A stretch of DNA of 16,435 nt from a virus (IMGVR_UViG_2690315742_000009:1-16435); one strand, 5' to 3'; counted from the stretch's first letter, positions 7,244 to 14,801 are shown. Numbers and translations: made by a program. The notes: generated from the sequence alone by a model not told the origin.

Positions 7244-8209
7244 ATGAAGCTCCTTTTTGCTGAACGTCCGCTGGTTATAAACACGCAGCTGGCGATGAAA
7301 ATTGGTCTGAACGAAGCCATCGTGTTGCAGCAGCTGCATTACTGGTTGAGAGATACCAGTTCCGGCATGGAATGTGATGGTGTTCGCTGGATTTATAACA
7401 CAACAGAACAATGGCTGGAACAGTTCCCGTTCTGGTCAGAGTCAACGTTAAAACGCGCATTTGCAAGTCTGAAAACGCTGGGGCTTTTGCGTTGCGAAAA
7501 GCTCAACAAATCAAAGCGTGATATGACTAATTTTTACACGATTAATTACGAGAGCGAGCTTTTAGATGGTGGCAAAGTGAACGAATCCATCAGGTCAAAA
7601 TGCGCCGCTCCATCAGGTCAAAATGACACGATGGAAGAGGTCAAAATGGCACGCTCCATTGGTTCAAAACGACCCAATGTCATCGGGTCAAAATGGCCTG
7701 ATGATCTTACAGAGAATACAACAGAGATTACTACAGAGAATAAAAAAACTTCTCGTCCGGAAGCTTCGCAACCGGACATGCAGACGGCTGAACAGGATTT
7801 TTTAAACCGACACCCTGACGCGGTTGTGTTCAGTGCGAAAAAACGCCAGTGGGGCAGCCAGGAAGATTTAGCGTGTGCGCAGTGGATCTGGGGACGAATC
7901 GTGAGTCTTTACGAGCAGGCTGCCAGCGATGATGGCGAAATCATGCGACCGAAAGAACCAAACTGGACTGCATGGGCCAATGATGTGCGCACAATGCGGA
8001 TGCTGGATGGCAGAACTCACAGACAAATTTGCGAAATGTTTGGTCGGGTACAGCGGGATCCATTCTGGGTAAAAAACGTCATGAGCCCGTCAAAGCTTCG
8101 CGAAAAATGGGATGAGCTGGTTATTCGTCTGGGGCGTTCGCCTGTACAGCGTTGCGTGAATCACATTTCTGAACCGGACACCGAAATTCCGCCGGGGTTC
8201 AGGGGGTAA
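7244..8209 (+). CDS. Replication initiator (lambda O-like replisome organizer) with internal origin
   Basis: 321-aa ORF directly upstream of the DnaC-like loader. Five 23-bp-spaced iterons and an AT-rich tract lie inside the coding region, as ori-lambda lies within O. GGAGG sits only about 2 nt from the ATG, so the start is uncertain. Confidence 0.7.
   Translation: MKLLFAERPLVINTQLAMKIGLNEAIVLQQLHYWLRDTSSGMECDGVRWIYNTTEQWLEQFPFWSESTLKRAFASLKTLGLLRCEKLNKSKRDMTNFYTINYESELLDGGKVNESIRSKCAAPSGQNDTMEEVKMARSIGSKRPNVIGSKWPDDLTENTTEITTENKKTSRPEASQPDMQTAEQDFLNRHPDAVVFSAKKRQWGSQEDLACAQWIWGRIVSLYEQAASDDGEIMRPKEPNWTAWANDVRTMRMLDGRTHRQICEMFGRVQRDPFWVKNVMSPSKLREKWDELVIRLGRSPVQRCVNHISEPDTEIPPGFRG
7587..7695. 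repeat. Iteron array: 5 direct repeats of about (CCATCA)GGTCAAAATG with exact 23-bp periodicity; putative replication origin
   Basis: TCAAAA cores at 7596, 7619, 7642, 7665 and 7688. First two copies are identical 16-mers (CCATCAGGTCAAAATG); the others are degenerate (GAGGTCAAAATG, TTGGTTCAAAACG, CGGGTCAAAATG). Confidence 0.7.
7709..7748. repeat. AT-rich tract with three phased ACAGAGA(A/T)TA repeats ending in A7; putative DNA-unwinding element of the origin
   Basis: TACAGAGAATA, ACAGAGATTA and TACAGAGAATAAAAAAA spaced about 11-12 bp apart (helical phasing) immediately downstream of the iterons. Confidence 0.55.
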
Positions 8210-8215
8210 CGGGCT

Positions 8216-8962
8216 ATGAAAAATATTGCGGCAGATGGTGTTCTTGAGCGTATCCGTAAGCTGGCCCCGCAGCATGTAACTGCGGCGTACCGGACAGTGG
8301 ACGAGTGGCGGGAGTGGCAGCTTGCAGAAGGGCGAAAACGTAGCGAGGAGATCAACCGCCAGAATCGCCAGTTACGGGTGGAAAAATTCCTGAATCGTTC
8401 CGGTATCCAGCCGTTGCACCAGAAATGTTCGTTTGCGAATTACCAGGTGCAGAACGACGGACAGCGTCATGCACTCAGCCAGGCGAAGTCCATTGCAGGC
8501 GAACTGATAACCGGGTGCACGAATTTTGTGTTCAGCGGTAAGCCGGGTACCGGAAAGAATCATCTGGCAGCAGCCATTGGCAACCATCTTCTGGCGAAAG
8601 GTCGCAGCGTGATTGTGGTGACGGTGGCGGATGTGATGCTGGCGTTACACGGCAACTACGACAACAAAAACTCAGGCGAAAAATTTTTGCAGGGGTTGTG
8701 TGAAGTTGACCTGCTTATCCTGGATGAAATCGGTATGCAGCGGGATACGCGTAACGAACAGGTCACACTGAACCAGATAGTCGATCGCAGAACGGCCTCG
8801 ATGCACAGCGTCGGGATGCTGACAAACCTGAACCACGCAGCGATGAATACGCTGCTTGGCGAACGCGTGATGGACCGCATGACCATGAACGGTGGTCGCT
8901 GGGTGAATTTTAACTGGGAGAGCTGGCGCCCGAATGTTGGTCAGCCAGGTATTGAAAAGTAA
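8216..8962 (+). CDS. DnaC-like replicative helicase loader (IstB-like AAA+ ATPase)
   Basis: Walker [16 protein letters not shown] and Walker [10 protein letters not shown]; 248 aa; immediately downstream of the O-like gene. Confidence 0.85.
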   Translation: MKNIAADGVLERIRKLAPQHVTAAYRTVDEWREWQLAEGRKRSEEINRQNRQLRVEKFLNRSGIQPLHQKCSFANYQVQNDGQRHALSQAKSIAGELITGCTNFVFSGKPGTGKNHLAAAIGNHLLAKGRSVIVVTVADVMLALHGNYDNKNSGEKFLQGLCEVDLLILDEIGMQRDTRNEQVTLNQIVDRRTASMHSVGMLTNLNHAAMNTLLGERVMDRMTMNGGRWVNFNWESWRPNVGQPGIEK

Positions 8963-8982
8963 TTTTTACCGGGAGGAAATTT

Positions 8983-9726
8983 ATGGAGACTGTTTTTGAC
9001 GCACTGAAAGCGATGGGAAAAGCCACGTCGGTAGAGCTGGCTGCGCGACTTGATATCAGTCGTGAAGAAGTACTGAACGAGCTGTGGGAACTGAAAAAGG
9101 CTGGTTTTGTTGATAAAAGCGCGTACACCTGGCGTGTGGCTGATAACAACGTTCAGCAGGAACAGCCAGCGCCAGAAGAACAGCCGGAAGAAACCACCAC
9201 GGCGACAGTAGCGAAAATCTCAGAGTGCGATTTAACCGCGACGATTGAACAACGCGGACCACAAACGGCGGATGAACTGGCTACGCTGTTCGGTACAACA
9301 TCCCGCAAAGTGGCTTCAACGCTGGCAATGGCAATCAGCAAAGGTCGTCTGATTCGTGTTAATCAGAACGGTAAATTTCGTTACTGCATGCCGGGCGAGA
9401 ATTTACCAGCAGAGCCGAAAGCGGCATCGGTAGCGGAAACTGATGGTAAAGCCTTTCCTCAGCCTGCATGTGTTGCGTTACCAGTACAGGAAGCTGCAAC
9501 ACAGGAAGATATTAAAACAGAAACTGTGGCGGACATTGTGCAGCCGCTTGAGAAGCGAGTGGATAATCTGGTTCTGCCATCGCTGCGACAGGCAAACCGC
9601 GAACTGCGTCGGGCGAAAAGTGATATCAGGAAATGGGAGCGAGTCTGTGCCGCGCTGCGGGAGCTGAATAAATATCGCGATATTGTCGCCCAGCTTTGCC
9701 AGGAGGCAACCAGTGAGAAAAATTAA
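8983..9726 (+). CDS. Hypothetical protein with two winged-helix-like segments (DUF1627-like, from memory)
   Basis: GGGAGG 7 nt upstream of ATG. Acidic, Q/E/P-rich linker between two HTH-like stretches ([28 protein letters not shown]; [32 protein letters not shown]). Confidence 0.5.
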   Translation: METVFDALKAMGKATSVELAARLDISREEVLNELWELKKAGFVDKSAYTWRVADNNVQQEQPAPEEQPEETTTATVAKISECDLTATIEQRGPQTADELATLFGTTSRKVASTLAMAISKGRLIRVNQNGKFRYCMPGENLPAEPKAASVAETDGKAFPQPACVALPVQEAATQEDIKTETVADIVQPLEKRVDNLVLPSLRQANRELRRAKSDIRKWERVCAALRELNKYRDIVAQLCQEATSEKN

Positions 9727-10282
9727 TTATCAGGCGCTACGTGAGATAGCAAAACAGGCAACACAAGGCGAATGGGTCGCATTTATTTCGCCGGGCAAAT
9801 ACGGCACGTACGCCGTGCACACGCCAGGAGATAATCATCACGGAGATATTGTCGACTGGCCTGGATTCGACGGACAGAAAAACGCAGAGAACAACGCTCG
9901 TTATATCGCAGCTTTCAACCCTGAAGTAGTGCAGGCGCTGCTGGATGAACGGGAAGCCCAAAGCAAACGCATTGCAGAACTGGAAGCTAATTTTGCGACG
10001 CTGGCAGTGGAGAATGTGGGGTTAAATAAATTCATTAAGGATGATTGCTTTATTTATACAAGCGATGACATCAGCCCACGCGATGCAAATGGATTCAAGC
10101 CTGAAACGCCAGCTACTGACGCTTTCCTGGTTGATATACAGGCGGTGGCGTTTAACGAGCTTCGCGCGGCGTTTGTCAGGCATGCAAAAGTTGCAGAACT
10201 GGATGATGCCGATACTGTAACGCTTAAGGAAGTGATGGATGCGCTGCTGCATTGTGTAGAACAGCTTCGCGCTCCAGAATAA
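9713..10282 (+). CDS. Ead/Ea22-like protein (189 aa from GTG)
   Basis: AGGAGG (9701-9706) 6 nt upstream of GTG at 9713; the track's TTG at 9683 is less likely. N-terminal motif [19 protein letters not shown] resembles the Ead/Ea22 family from memory. Overlaps the previous gene by 14 nt. Confidence 0.6.
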   Translation: MRKINYQALREIAKQATQGEWVAFISPGKYGTYAVHTPGDNHHGDIVDWPGFDGQKNAENNARYIAAFNPEVVQALLDEREAQSKRIAELEANFATLAVENVGLNKFIKDDCFIYTSDDISPRDANGFKPETPATDAFLVDIQAVAFNELRAAFVRHAKVAELDDADTVTLKEVMDALLHCVEQLRAPE

Positions 10283-10377
10283 ATAAATTTATCACTGTAA
10301 ATAAAATTTAATCCTTAACCGGAGGGATTTCTACACCCTCAGAACAGCAGGAGGCCACCCGAAAGGGCGGTAGTGAA

Positions 10378-10560
10378 ATGCGAAAGTTCAAAGTAATTAT
10401 TGAAACTGGAATAGCTGGTGGAGATTTTGAGGATGTATTCGAAGTGGACGATGACGCAACACCTGATGAAATTCATGACGAAGCAAAAGAAATTTTCTTT
10501 AACTACTGCAATTACTCATATCACGAAATAAAAGACGAAGAGGAAGAACAAAATGGCTGA
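10378..10560 (+). CDS. Small highly acidic hypothetical protein (60 aa, 19 D/E against 5 K/R)
   Basis: ATG at 10378. An AGGAGG lies 24 nt upstream but is brought closer by a predicted GAAA-loop hairpin between SD and ATG. Stop overlaps the next ORF's start. Confidence 0.45.
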   Translation: MRKFKVIIETGIAGGDFEDVFEVDDDATPDEIHDEAKEIFFNYCNYSYHEIKDEEEEQNG

Positions 10561-10729
10561 TTTTGGTTCAACTAAATATAACGCCAGTTTTGAAGAATGG
10601 CATGAACTGTTAATGGACTATGCAGAGTTACGCGGTGGAAGTGCCGCCGATGCTGAAGCATGGCGTGATGACTATGAAGCAGGAAAAACTCCGGTCGAAG
10701 CATATTGTGATGAGTGGGGCTATGAATGA
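10553..10729 (+). CDS. Small acidic hypothetical protein (58 aa, 15 D/E against 4 K/R)
   Basis: Not in the supplied track (below 60 aa). ATG at 10553 with GAGGAAG upstream, overlapping the previous stop. Its TGA overlaps the next gene's ATG (ATGA). Sequence MADFGSTKYNASFEEWHELLMDYAELRGGSAADAEAWRDDYEAGKTPVEAYCDEWGYE. Confidence 0.45.
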   Translation: MADFGSTKYNASFEEWHELLMDYAELRGGSAADAEAWRDDYEAGKTPVEAYCDEWGYE

Positions 10730-11241
10730 GCGAGATTAATTATCAGGAAGGGCATGAAACGGCAGGGCAGGCAAAACCAGTTGCATGGCGATATCGCTAC
10801 GTGAAAAAAGGCGTTACGGACTTTCAGGAGAAGATGTGGGTTGGTGACTGGAAATATGTACCGACAAAAGAGGATTGCAACGACAGGCCGAGCTATGAGA
10901 TTCAGGCATTATTCACTACCCCGCCAGTCCCGGTGATATCAGAAGGACTGGTTAAAGCCGTGCGCTTTTATGAACAGGTAAAGCGTGAAAATCCGCCAGC
11001 CGAAACAGGAGCATGGAAAGACGCTGTTGACTGGGTGCTCAAAGAGGCCTGCTGTGCTGTCATTCTGGGTAAAGCCGACAATCCACTAGCATCCAGTAAT
11101 CAGGTTGGCGAATTAACAATGTGGGTTAAACGACTGGTCAGTCAACTGAAAAAAGCTAATCCAGACTGCAAATTACCGGAGATGGCGATGCATTACCTGA
11201 AACGAAATGGACTGATAAGCGTGGAGGATGTTTTACGATGA
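10726..11241 (+). CDS. Hypothetical protein (171 aa) with Ead/Ea22-like N-terminal motif
   Basis: ATG coupled to the upstream ORF (ATGA). N-terminus SEINYQEGHETAGQAKPVAW parallels the N-terminus of the 9713..10282 protein. Confidence 0.6.
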   Translation: MSEINYQEGHETAGQAKPVAWRYRYVKKGVTDFQEKMWVGDWKYVPTKEDCNDRPSYEIQALFTTPPVPVISEGLVKAVRFYEQVKRENPPAETGAWKDAVDWVLKEACCAVILGKADNPLASSNQVGELTMWVKRLVSQLKKANPDCKLPEMAMHYLKRNGLISVEDVLR

Positions 11242-11321
11242 CCTGGCCTGAGGCATTTACAACGGCAGGAATTGCAATGGCGGCGGCGCTGGTGGTGTAT
11301 TCGATTTGCCGCTGGGGATAA
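11238..11321 (+). CDS. Possible 27-aa hydrophobic peptide (MTWPEAFTTAGIAMAAALVVYSICRWG)
   Basis: ATG overlaps the stop of the 171-aa gene (ATGA); single predicted transmembrane-like stretch. Very short, so speculative. Confidence 0.25.
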   Translation: MTWPEAFTTAGIAMAAALVVYSICRWG

Positions 11322-11328
11322 AAACGGT

Positions 11329-11356
11329 TTGCGGGAAAAGGAGAGTTAAGTAGAAT
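11329..11356 (+). promoter_or_regulatory. Candidate promoter of the hok mRNA
   Basis: TTGCGG, 16-nt spacer, TAGAAT. The predicted start (about 11361-11365) coincides with a 5' element (GCGGGTGCTTGAGG, 11361-11374) that is complementary to the mRNA 3' end. Confidence 0.4.
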
Positions 11357-11475
11357 TGCAGCGGGTGCTTGAGGCTATCTGTCTCAGGCATGAACACCAA
11401 AAGGCAGATAGAGAAAAGCCCCAGTTAACATTACGCGTCCTGCAAGACGCTTAACATTAATCTGAGGCCATATCT

Positions 11476-11535
11476 ATGCGACACATAGAGATTAGCCTCT
11501 TACGGACCGAAAGGTCAAGGAGAAGCAGGCTATGA
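11476..11535 (+). CDS. Short upstream reading frame coupled to hok (mok-like, 19 codons)
   Basis: ATG at 11476; its TGA overlaps the hok ATG (ATGA). Analogous to mok-dependent translational coupling in hok/sok loci, but much shorter than classical mok. Confidence 0.3.
   Translation: MRHIEISLLRTERSRRSRL
11489..11518 (-). promoter_or_regulatory. Candidate promoter for a Sok-like antisense RNA
   Basis: Minus strand TTGACC (plus 11513-11518), 18-nt spacer, TAATCT (plus 11489-11494). Predicted antisense start near 11482, reading across the start of the upstream coupled frame. Confidence 0.4.
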
Positions 11536-11687
11536 AGCAGCAAAAGGCGATGTTAATCGCCCTGATCGTCATCTGTTTAACCGTCATAGTGACGGCACTG
11601 GTAACGAGGAAAGACCTCTGCGAGGTACGAATCCGAACCGGCCAGACGGAGGTCGCTGTCTTCACAGCTTACGAACCTGAGGAGTAA
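11532..11687 (+). CDS. hokD: Hok/Gef-family type I toxin (51 aa)
   Basis: AAGGAG SD. Protein MKQQKAMLIALIVICLTVIVTALVTRKDLCEVRIRTGQTEVAVFTAYEPEE has a single transmembrane helix plus a conserved Cys-containing periplasmic tail, and matches my memory of HokD (RelF). Confidence 0.85.
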   Translation: MKQQKAMLIALIVICLTVIVTALVTRKDLCEVRIRTGQTEVAVFTAYEPEE

Positions 11688-11755
11688 GAGACCAGGCGGG
11701 GGAGAAATCCCTCGCCACCTCTGATGTGTCAGGCATCCTCAACGCACCCGCACGT

Positions 11756-11783
11756 AACCCGCTTCGGCGGGTTTTGTTTTTTC
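11756..11783 (+). terminator. Rho-independent terminator of the hok transcript
   Basis: AACCCGC-TTCG-GCGGGTT (UUCG tetraloop, 7-bp stem) followed by TTGTTTTTT. Confidence 0.75.
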
Positions 11784-11854
11784 CTGGCATTCTGGTTTAC
11801 AATTCGCACGCCAGCCTGAACAACTGGCACCTGCTGCGCCAGCAGAGACAACCG

Positions 11855-12127
11855 ATGGCGCACAATACCAAATATCACAATTCTGATACCGACCTTGCCA
11901 GCAGGTGCGGGCTGTGTTCTCACGCATTCAAATATGACTGGTATCAGCACGATCCCTGCACTGAAGAACAGGCCGAATGGCTGATTCATAACTACCGCAG
12001 ACGTGGGTATGAGTTTAAGAAAGCCCTTAGCCTCGACTACCGTCACTGGATAATCTACGTCAGGCTCCCTTATTCCGAACGCCCGCCGCGTCCGTCCCGC
12101 ACATTCCAGCAACGCATCTGGAGGTAA
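11855..12127 (+). CDS. Small Cys/His-containing protein in the position of Qin rem (90 aa)
   Basis: ATG at 11855. The track's upstream start at 11726 would run through the hok terminator hairpin, so I truncated it. Contains CGLCSHAFKYDWYQHDPC. GGAGG near its 3' end serves the next gene. Confidence 0.5.
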   Translation: MAHNTKYHNSDTDLASRCGLCSHAFKYDWYQHDPCTEEQAEWLIHNYRRRGYEFKKALSLDYRHWIIYVRLPYSERPPRPSRTFQQRIWR

Positions 12128-12128
12128 T

Positions 12129-13184
12129 GTGAGGGTATTAGTGACTCCTGAAATTGCTCACCGTCTGGGGATTGTACTTTTCAGGCCCGGTCCTGATGCG
12201 ATGCCTTTGTTTATGCAGGGGCGTGTACTGGTCGAGCCGGAACCAAAAAGCATGCGCGGTCTGCCGTCCGGGGTCGTTCCTGCCGTTCGCCAGCCGCTGG
12301 CGGAAGACAAATCTCTGCTGCCATTTTTCAGCGATGAGCGGGTGATTCGTGCTGCCGGCGGCGCTGGTGCACTGTCTGACTGGCTACTGCGTCATGTCAA
12401 ATCCTGCCAGTGGCCTCATGGTGACTACCATCACAGTGAAACCGTCATACATCGTTACGGTACCGGCGCGATGGTGTTGTGCTGGCACTGCGACAACCAG
12501 CTGCGTGACCAGACCTCCGAATCACTGGAACATCTGGCTCAACAAAACCTGGCAGCATGGATGATTGACGTCATCGGTCACGCAGTAAGCGGTACGCAGG
12601 AGCGTGAATTATCTCTGGCTGAATTATCCTGGTGGGCAGTCCGCAATCAGGTGGCGGACGCGCTACCGGAAGCGGTATTACGTCGTTCGCTGGGGTTGCG
12701 TGCGGAAAAAATCCGCTCAATGTACCGTGAAAGCGACATCGTACCGGGAGAGCAGACCGCCACCAGCATACTGAAGCAGCGCACAAAAAATCTTGCGCCG
12801 CTGCCTCACGCCCACCAGCAAAACCCGCCACAGGAAAAGACGGTGGTCAGCATTGCTGTTGATCCGGAGTCACCGGCTCAGTATCTCCAGCGCCAGAAAC
12901 CACAACGGGAAGAGATGCCTGTATACACGCGCTGGGTAAAAACGCAGAAATGCATGACGTGCGGTAATCAGGCAGATGATCCGCATCACATCATTGGTCA
13001 TGGACTGGGAGGGATGGGAACAAAGGCTGATGATTTGTTTGTTATTCCGCTGTGCCGTAAATGTCATAACGAACTGCACGCCGGGGTAAAAGATTTTGAA
13101 GAAAAACACGGCAGCCAGCTGTTGTTGCTGATTCGTTTTTTAATGCACGCGAGAAATTCGGGTGTCCTGAAGTGGAAAGCATGA
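12129..13184 (+). CDS. DUF968-type protein with C-terminal HNH-like Cys/His motif (YdfU-like)
   Basis: GTG at 12129 with GGAGG 5 nt upstream. C-terminus CMTCGNQADDPHHIIGHGLGG...CRKCHNELH resembles an HNH/zinc-finger nuclease motif. Upstream of rusA, in the nin-region equivalent. Confidence 0.75.
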   Translation: MRVLVTPEIAHRLGIVLFRPGPDAMPLFMQGRVLVEPEPKSMRGLPSGVVPAVRQPLAEDKSLLPFFSDERVIRAAGGAGALSDWLLRHVKSCQWPHGDYHHSETVIHRYGTGAMVLCWHCDNQLRDQTSESLEHLAQQNLAAWMIDVIGHAVSGTQERELSLAELSWWAVRNQVADALPEAVLRRSLGLRAEKIRSMYRESDIVPGEQTATSILKQRTKNLAPLPHAHQQNPPQEKTVVSIAVDPESPAQYLQRQKPQREEMPVYTRWVKTQKCMTCGNQADDPHHIIGHGLGGMGTKADDLFVIPLCRKCHNELHAGVKDFEEKHGSQLLLLIRFLMHARNSGVLKWKA

Positions 13185-13550
13185 ATGACTGAACGCATAG
13201 AATTTGTTTTGCCTTACCCGCCGACGGTGAATACCTACTGGCGACGTCATGGCAATACGTATTTCATCTCGGAGGCCGGAAAGCGTTATCGCCATGATGT
13301 GGCGCTAATTGTTCGCCAGCAGCGGTTGAAATTAAACCTGTCCGGAAGGCTGACGATAAAGATTATTGCAGAGCCACCGGATAAGCGCCGTCGTGACCTG
13401 GACAATATCCTGAAAGCACCACTGGATGCGCTGACGCATGCCGGACTACTCATAGACGACGAGCAGTTTGATGAAATCAATATTGTGCGCGGTCAGCTCG
13501 TTCCTGGTGGGCGGCTGGGGATAAAAATCACAGAACTGGAGTGCGCATGA
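13185..13550 (+). CDS. rusA: RusA Holliday junction resolvase
   Basis: 121 aa. Conserved RusA signature (PPDKRRRDLDNILKAPLDALTHAGLLIDDEQF ... GGRLGIKITE) aligns with E. coli RusA as I recall it. ATG overlaps the upstream stop. Confidence 0.9.
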   Translation: MTERIEFVLPYPPTVNTYWRRHGNTYFISEAGKRYRHDVALIVRQQRLKLNLSGRLTIKIIAEPPDKRRRDLDNILKAPLDALTHAGLLIDDEQFDEINIVRGQLVPGGRLGIKITELECA

Positions 13551-14236
13551 ATAACCAGTATTTACAGTTTGTGCGTGAGCAGCTCATTATCGCCACCGCT
13601 GATTTGAGTGGGGCAACAAAAGGTCAGCTTGAAGCCTGGCAGGAGAATGCCATGTTTGATACAGGGCGTTACAGGCGTAAAAAAATCCGGTACCGAGATG
13701 AAGTGACTGGAAGAATGATAACGCGGGATAGTCCACCGATACCGGGAAAACAATCACTGGCGAAAGGCTCATCAATTGCTCTGGTAAGTCAGGTTGAGTT
13801 TTCGACATCATCATGGCGACGGGCAGTTCTGTCTCTTGAAGAACATCATAAAGCCTGGTTGTTGTGGTGTTACAGCGGGAGTATTTGTTGGGAATATCAG
13901 ATCGCGATAACACAGTGGGCGTGGAATGAATTTAATACTCAATCCGGTACCAGAAAAATTGCAGGGAAAACGCAGGAACGCCTGAAAAAATTAATCTGGC
14001 TGGCGGCGCAGGCATTAAAAGCAGAACTTTTTGGTGGGGAAGGTTATGAATACCAGGAGCTGGCATTACTGGCGGGAGTGACAACTAAAAACTGGTCCAA
14101 AACATTTACTCGTCACTGGGTTGCAATGAAACACATTTTTCACCGACTTGATAGTGAGGCTTTATTGTTTGTAATGAGAACACGTTCAAAACAAAAGGCG
14201 GCATTTTCAAAGCAAAGTGTTGCAAAAGTAGATTGA
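13547..14236 (+). CDS. Putative late-gene antiterminator (Q-like) by position; function unverified
   Basis: 229 aa from ATG at 13547 (GGAG 7 nt upstream, ATGA overlap with the rusA stop). Sits between rusA and a promoter/terminator pair followed by tRNAs and lysis genes, the canonical Q position. Confidence 0.45.
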   Translation: MNNQYLQFVREQLIIATADLSGATKGQLEAWQENAMFDTGRYRRKKIRYRDEVTGRMITRDSPPIPGKQSLAKGSSIALVSQVEFSTSSWRRAVLSLEEHHKAWLLWCYSGSICWEYQIAITQWAWNEFNTQSGTRKIAGKTQERLKKLIWLAAQALKAELFGGEGYEYQELALLAGVTTKNWSKTFTRHWVAMKHIFHRLDSEALLFVMRTRSKQKAAFSKQSVAKVD

Positions 14237-14248
14237 AAGGCATATATT
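14220..14248 (+). promoter_or_regulatory. Candidate late promoter (pR'-like) at the 3' end of the Q-like gene
   Basis: TTGCAA (14220-14225), 17-nt spacer, TATATT (14243-14248); the predicted transcript runs about 70-80 nt into the terminator at 14303-14326. Confidence 0.45.
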
Positions 14249-14302
14249 TCATGCAAATCTGATATTTTGCCGATTTTGTACGTGATGGCAAAAGCAAACA
14301 AA

Positions 14303-14326
14303 ACCCGCCCACAAGCGGGTTTTTTG
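14303..14326 (+). terminator. Rho-independent terminator (tR'-like)
   Basis: ACCCGC-CCACAA-GCGGGT followed by TTTTTTG. Confidence 0.7.
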
Positions 14327-14392
14327 TGCCACTTATCTCGGATAGACATGGTGAATGCGCTGGTGGAGGAGATAAGGGTGATTTTTGAATGC

Positions 14393-14421
14393 TTGCAACA
14401 TTGATTTCGTAACGTTATTAT
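14393..14421 (+). promoter_or_regulatory. Strong sigma70-type promoter of the tRNA array
   Basis: TTGCAA (14393-14398), 17-nt spacer, TATTAT (14416-14421), followed by a GC-rich discriminator (CCTGCGCCC) and the first tRNA 9 nt downstream. Confidence 0.55.
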
Positions 14422-14430
14422 CCTGCGCCC

Positions 14431-14506
14431 GGCCCTTTAGCTCAGTGGTGAGAGCGAGCGACTCATAATCGCCAGGTCGCTGGTTCAAATCCAGCAAGGG
14501 CCACCA
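14431..14506 (+). tRNA. tRNA with CAU anticodon (Ile2-lysidine type or elongator Met)
   Basis: Hand-folded cloverleaf: acceptor GGCCCTT/AAGGGCC, D-stem GCTC/GAGC, anticodon loop CTCATAA, T-loop TTCAAAT, encoded CCA. Close to E. coli ileX as recalled. Confidence 0.8.
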
Positions 14507-14507
14507 G

Positions 14508-14584
14508 CCGCCACTAGCTCATCAGGAAAGAGCGTCAACCCTTTAAGTTGAGTGTGCGAGGTTCGAGTCCCCGGTGGCGGTCCA
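14508..14584 (+). tRNA. tRNA-like gene with unusual anticodon loop CCTTTAA (nominal anticodon UUU, Lys-type; C at position 33)
   Basis: Cloverleaf folds: acceptor CCGCCAC/GTGGCGG, D-stem GCTC/GAGC, perfect anticodon stem TCAAC/GTTGA, T-loop TTCGAGT, encoded CCA. T-stem has one A-C mismatch and position 33 is C, not the near-universal U. Confidence 0.55.
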
Positions 14585-14586
14585 GT

Positions 14587-14662
<76 letters not shown>

Positions 14663-14665
14663 TAT

Positions 14666-14740
<75 letters not shown>

Positions 14741-14746
14741 GTTAGA

Positions 14747-14792
14747 GTCTTTCAGTCTGCGATGATGGGAAATCCCGGAGTGACTGAAAGAC
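14747..14792. repeat. Perfect 11-bp inverted repeat (GTCTTTCAGTC / GACTGAAAGAC) with 24-nt loop
   Basis: Starts 7 nt after the tRNA-Gly 3' end; the loop contains a GGGAAATCCC mini-hairpin; no clear U-tract. Confidence 0.6.
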
Positions 14793-14801
14793 GTTTAAGT
14801 T

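Noticed and set aside
7623-7805. 60-aa plus-strand ORF inside the O-like gene
   Set aside because: It is an alternative frame across the iteron/AT-rich origin region; the repeat structure explains the open frame.
11726-11854. Track-predicted upstream start (11726) for the rem-position gene
   Set aside because: That start would require translation through the hok terminator hairpin and U-tract (11756-11783); the in-frame ATG at 11855 downstream of the terminator is more plausible.
11729-12112. Minus-strand ORFs (127 aa and 62 aa) opposite the rem-position gene
   Set aside because: Antisense to a plus-strand gene that is in operon context with the DUF968 gene and rusA; no SD; likely artifacts.
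12154-13109. Internal alternative-frame ORFs within the DUF968 gene (12154..12345, 12349..12564, 12571..12831, 12870..13109)
   Set aside because: Overlap a 351-aa gene with a strong SD and conserved C-terminal motif; Cys/Trp-rich translations typical of off-frame reading of GC-rich coding sequence.
14508-14584. Reading tRNA 2 as a suppressor (anticodon UUA) or as tRNA-Arg
   Set aside because: Those anticodon assignments require shifting the loop by one nucleotide, which breaks the perfect 5-bp anticodon stem TCAAC/GTTGA. With the stem intact the loop is CCTTTAA, nominal anticodon UUU.
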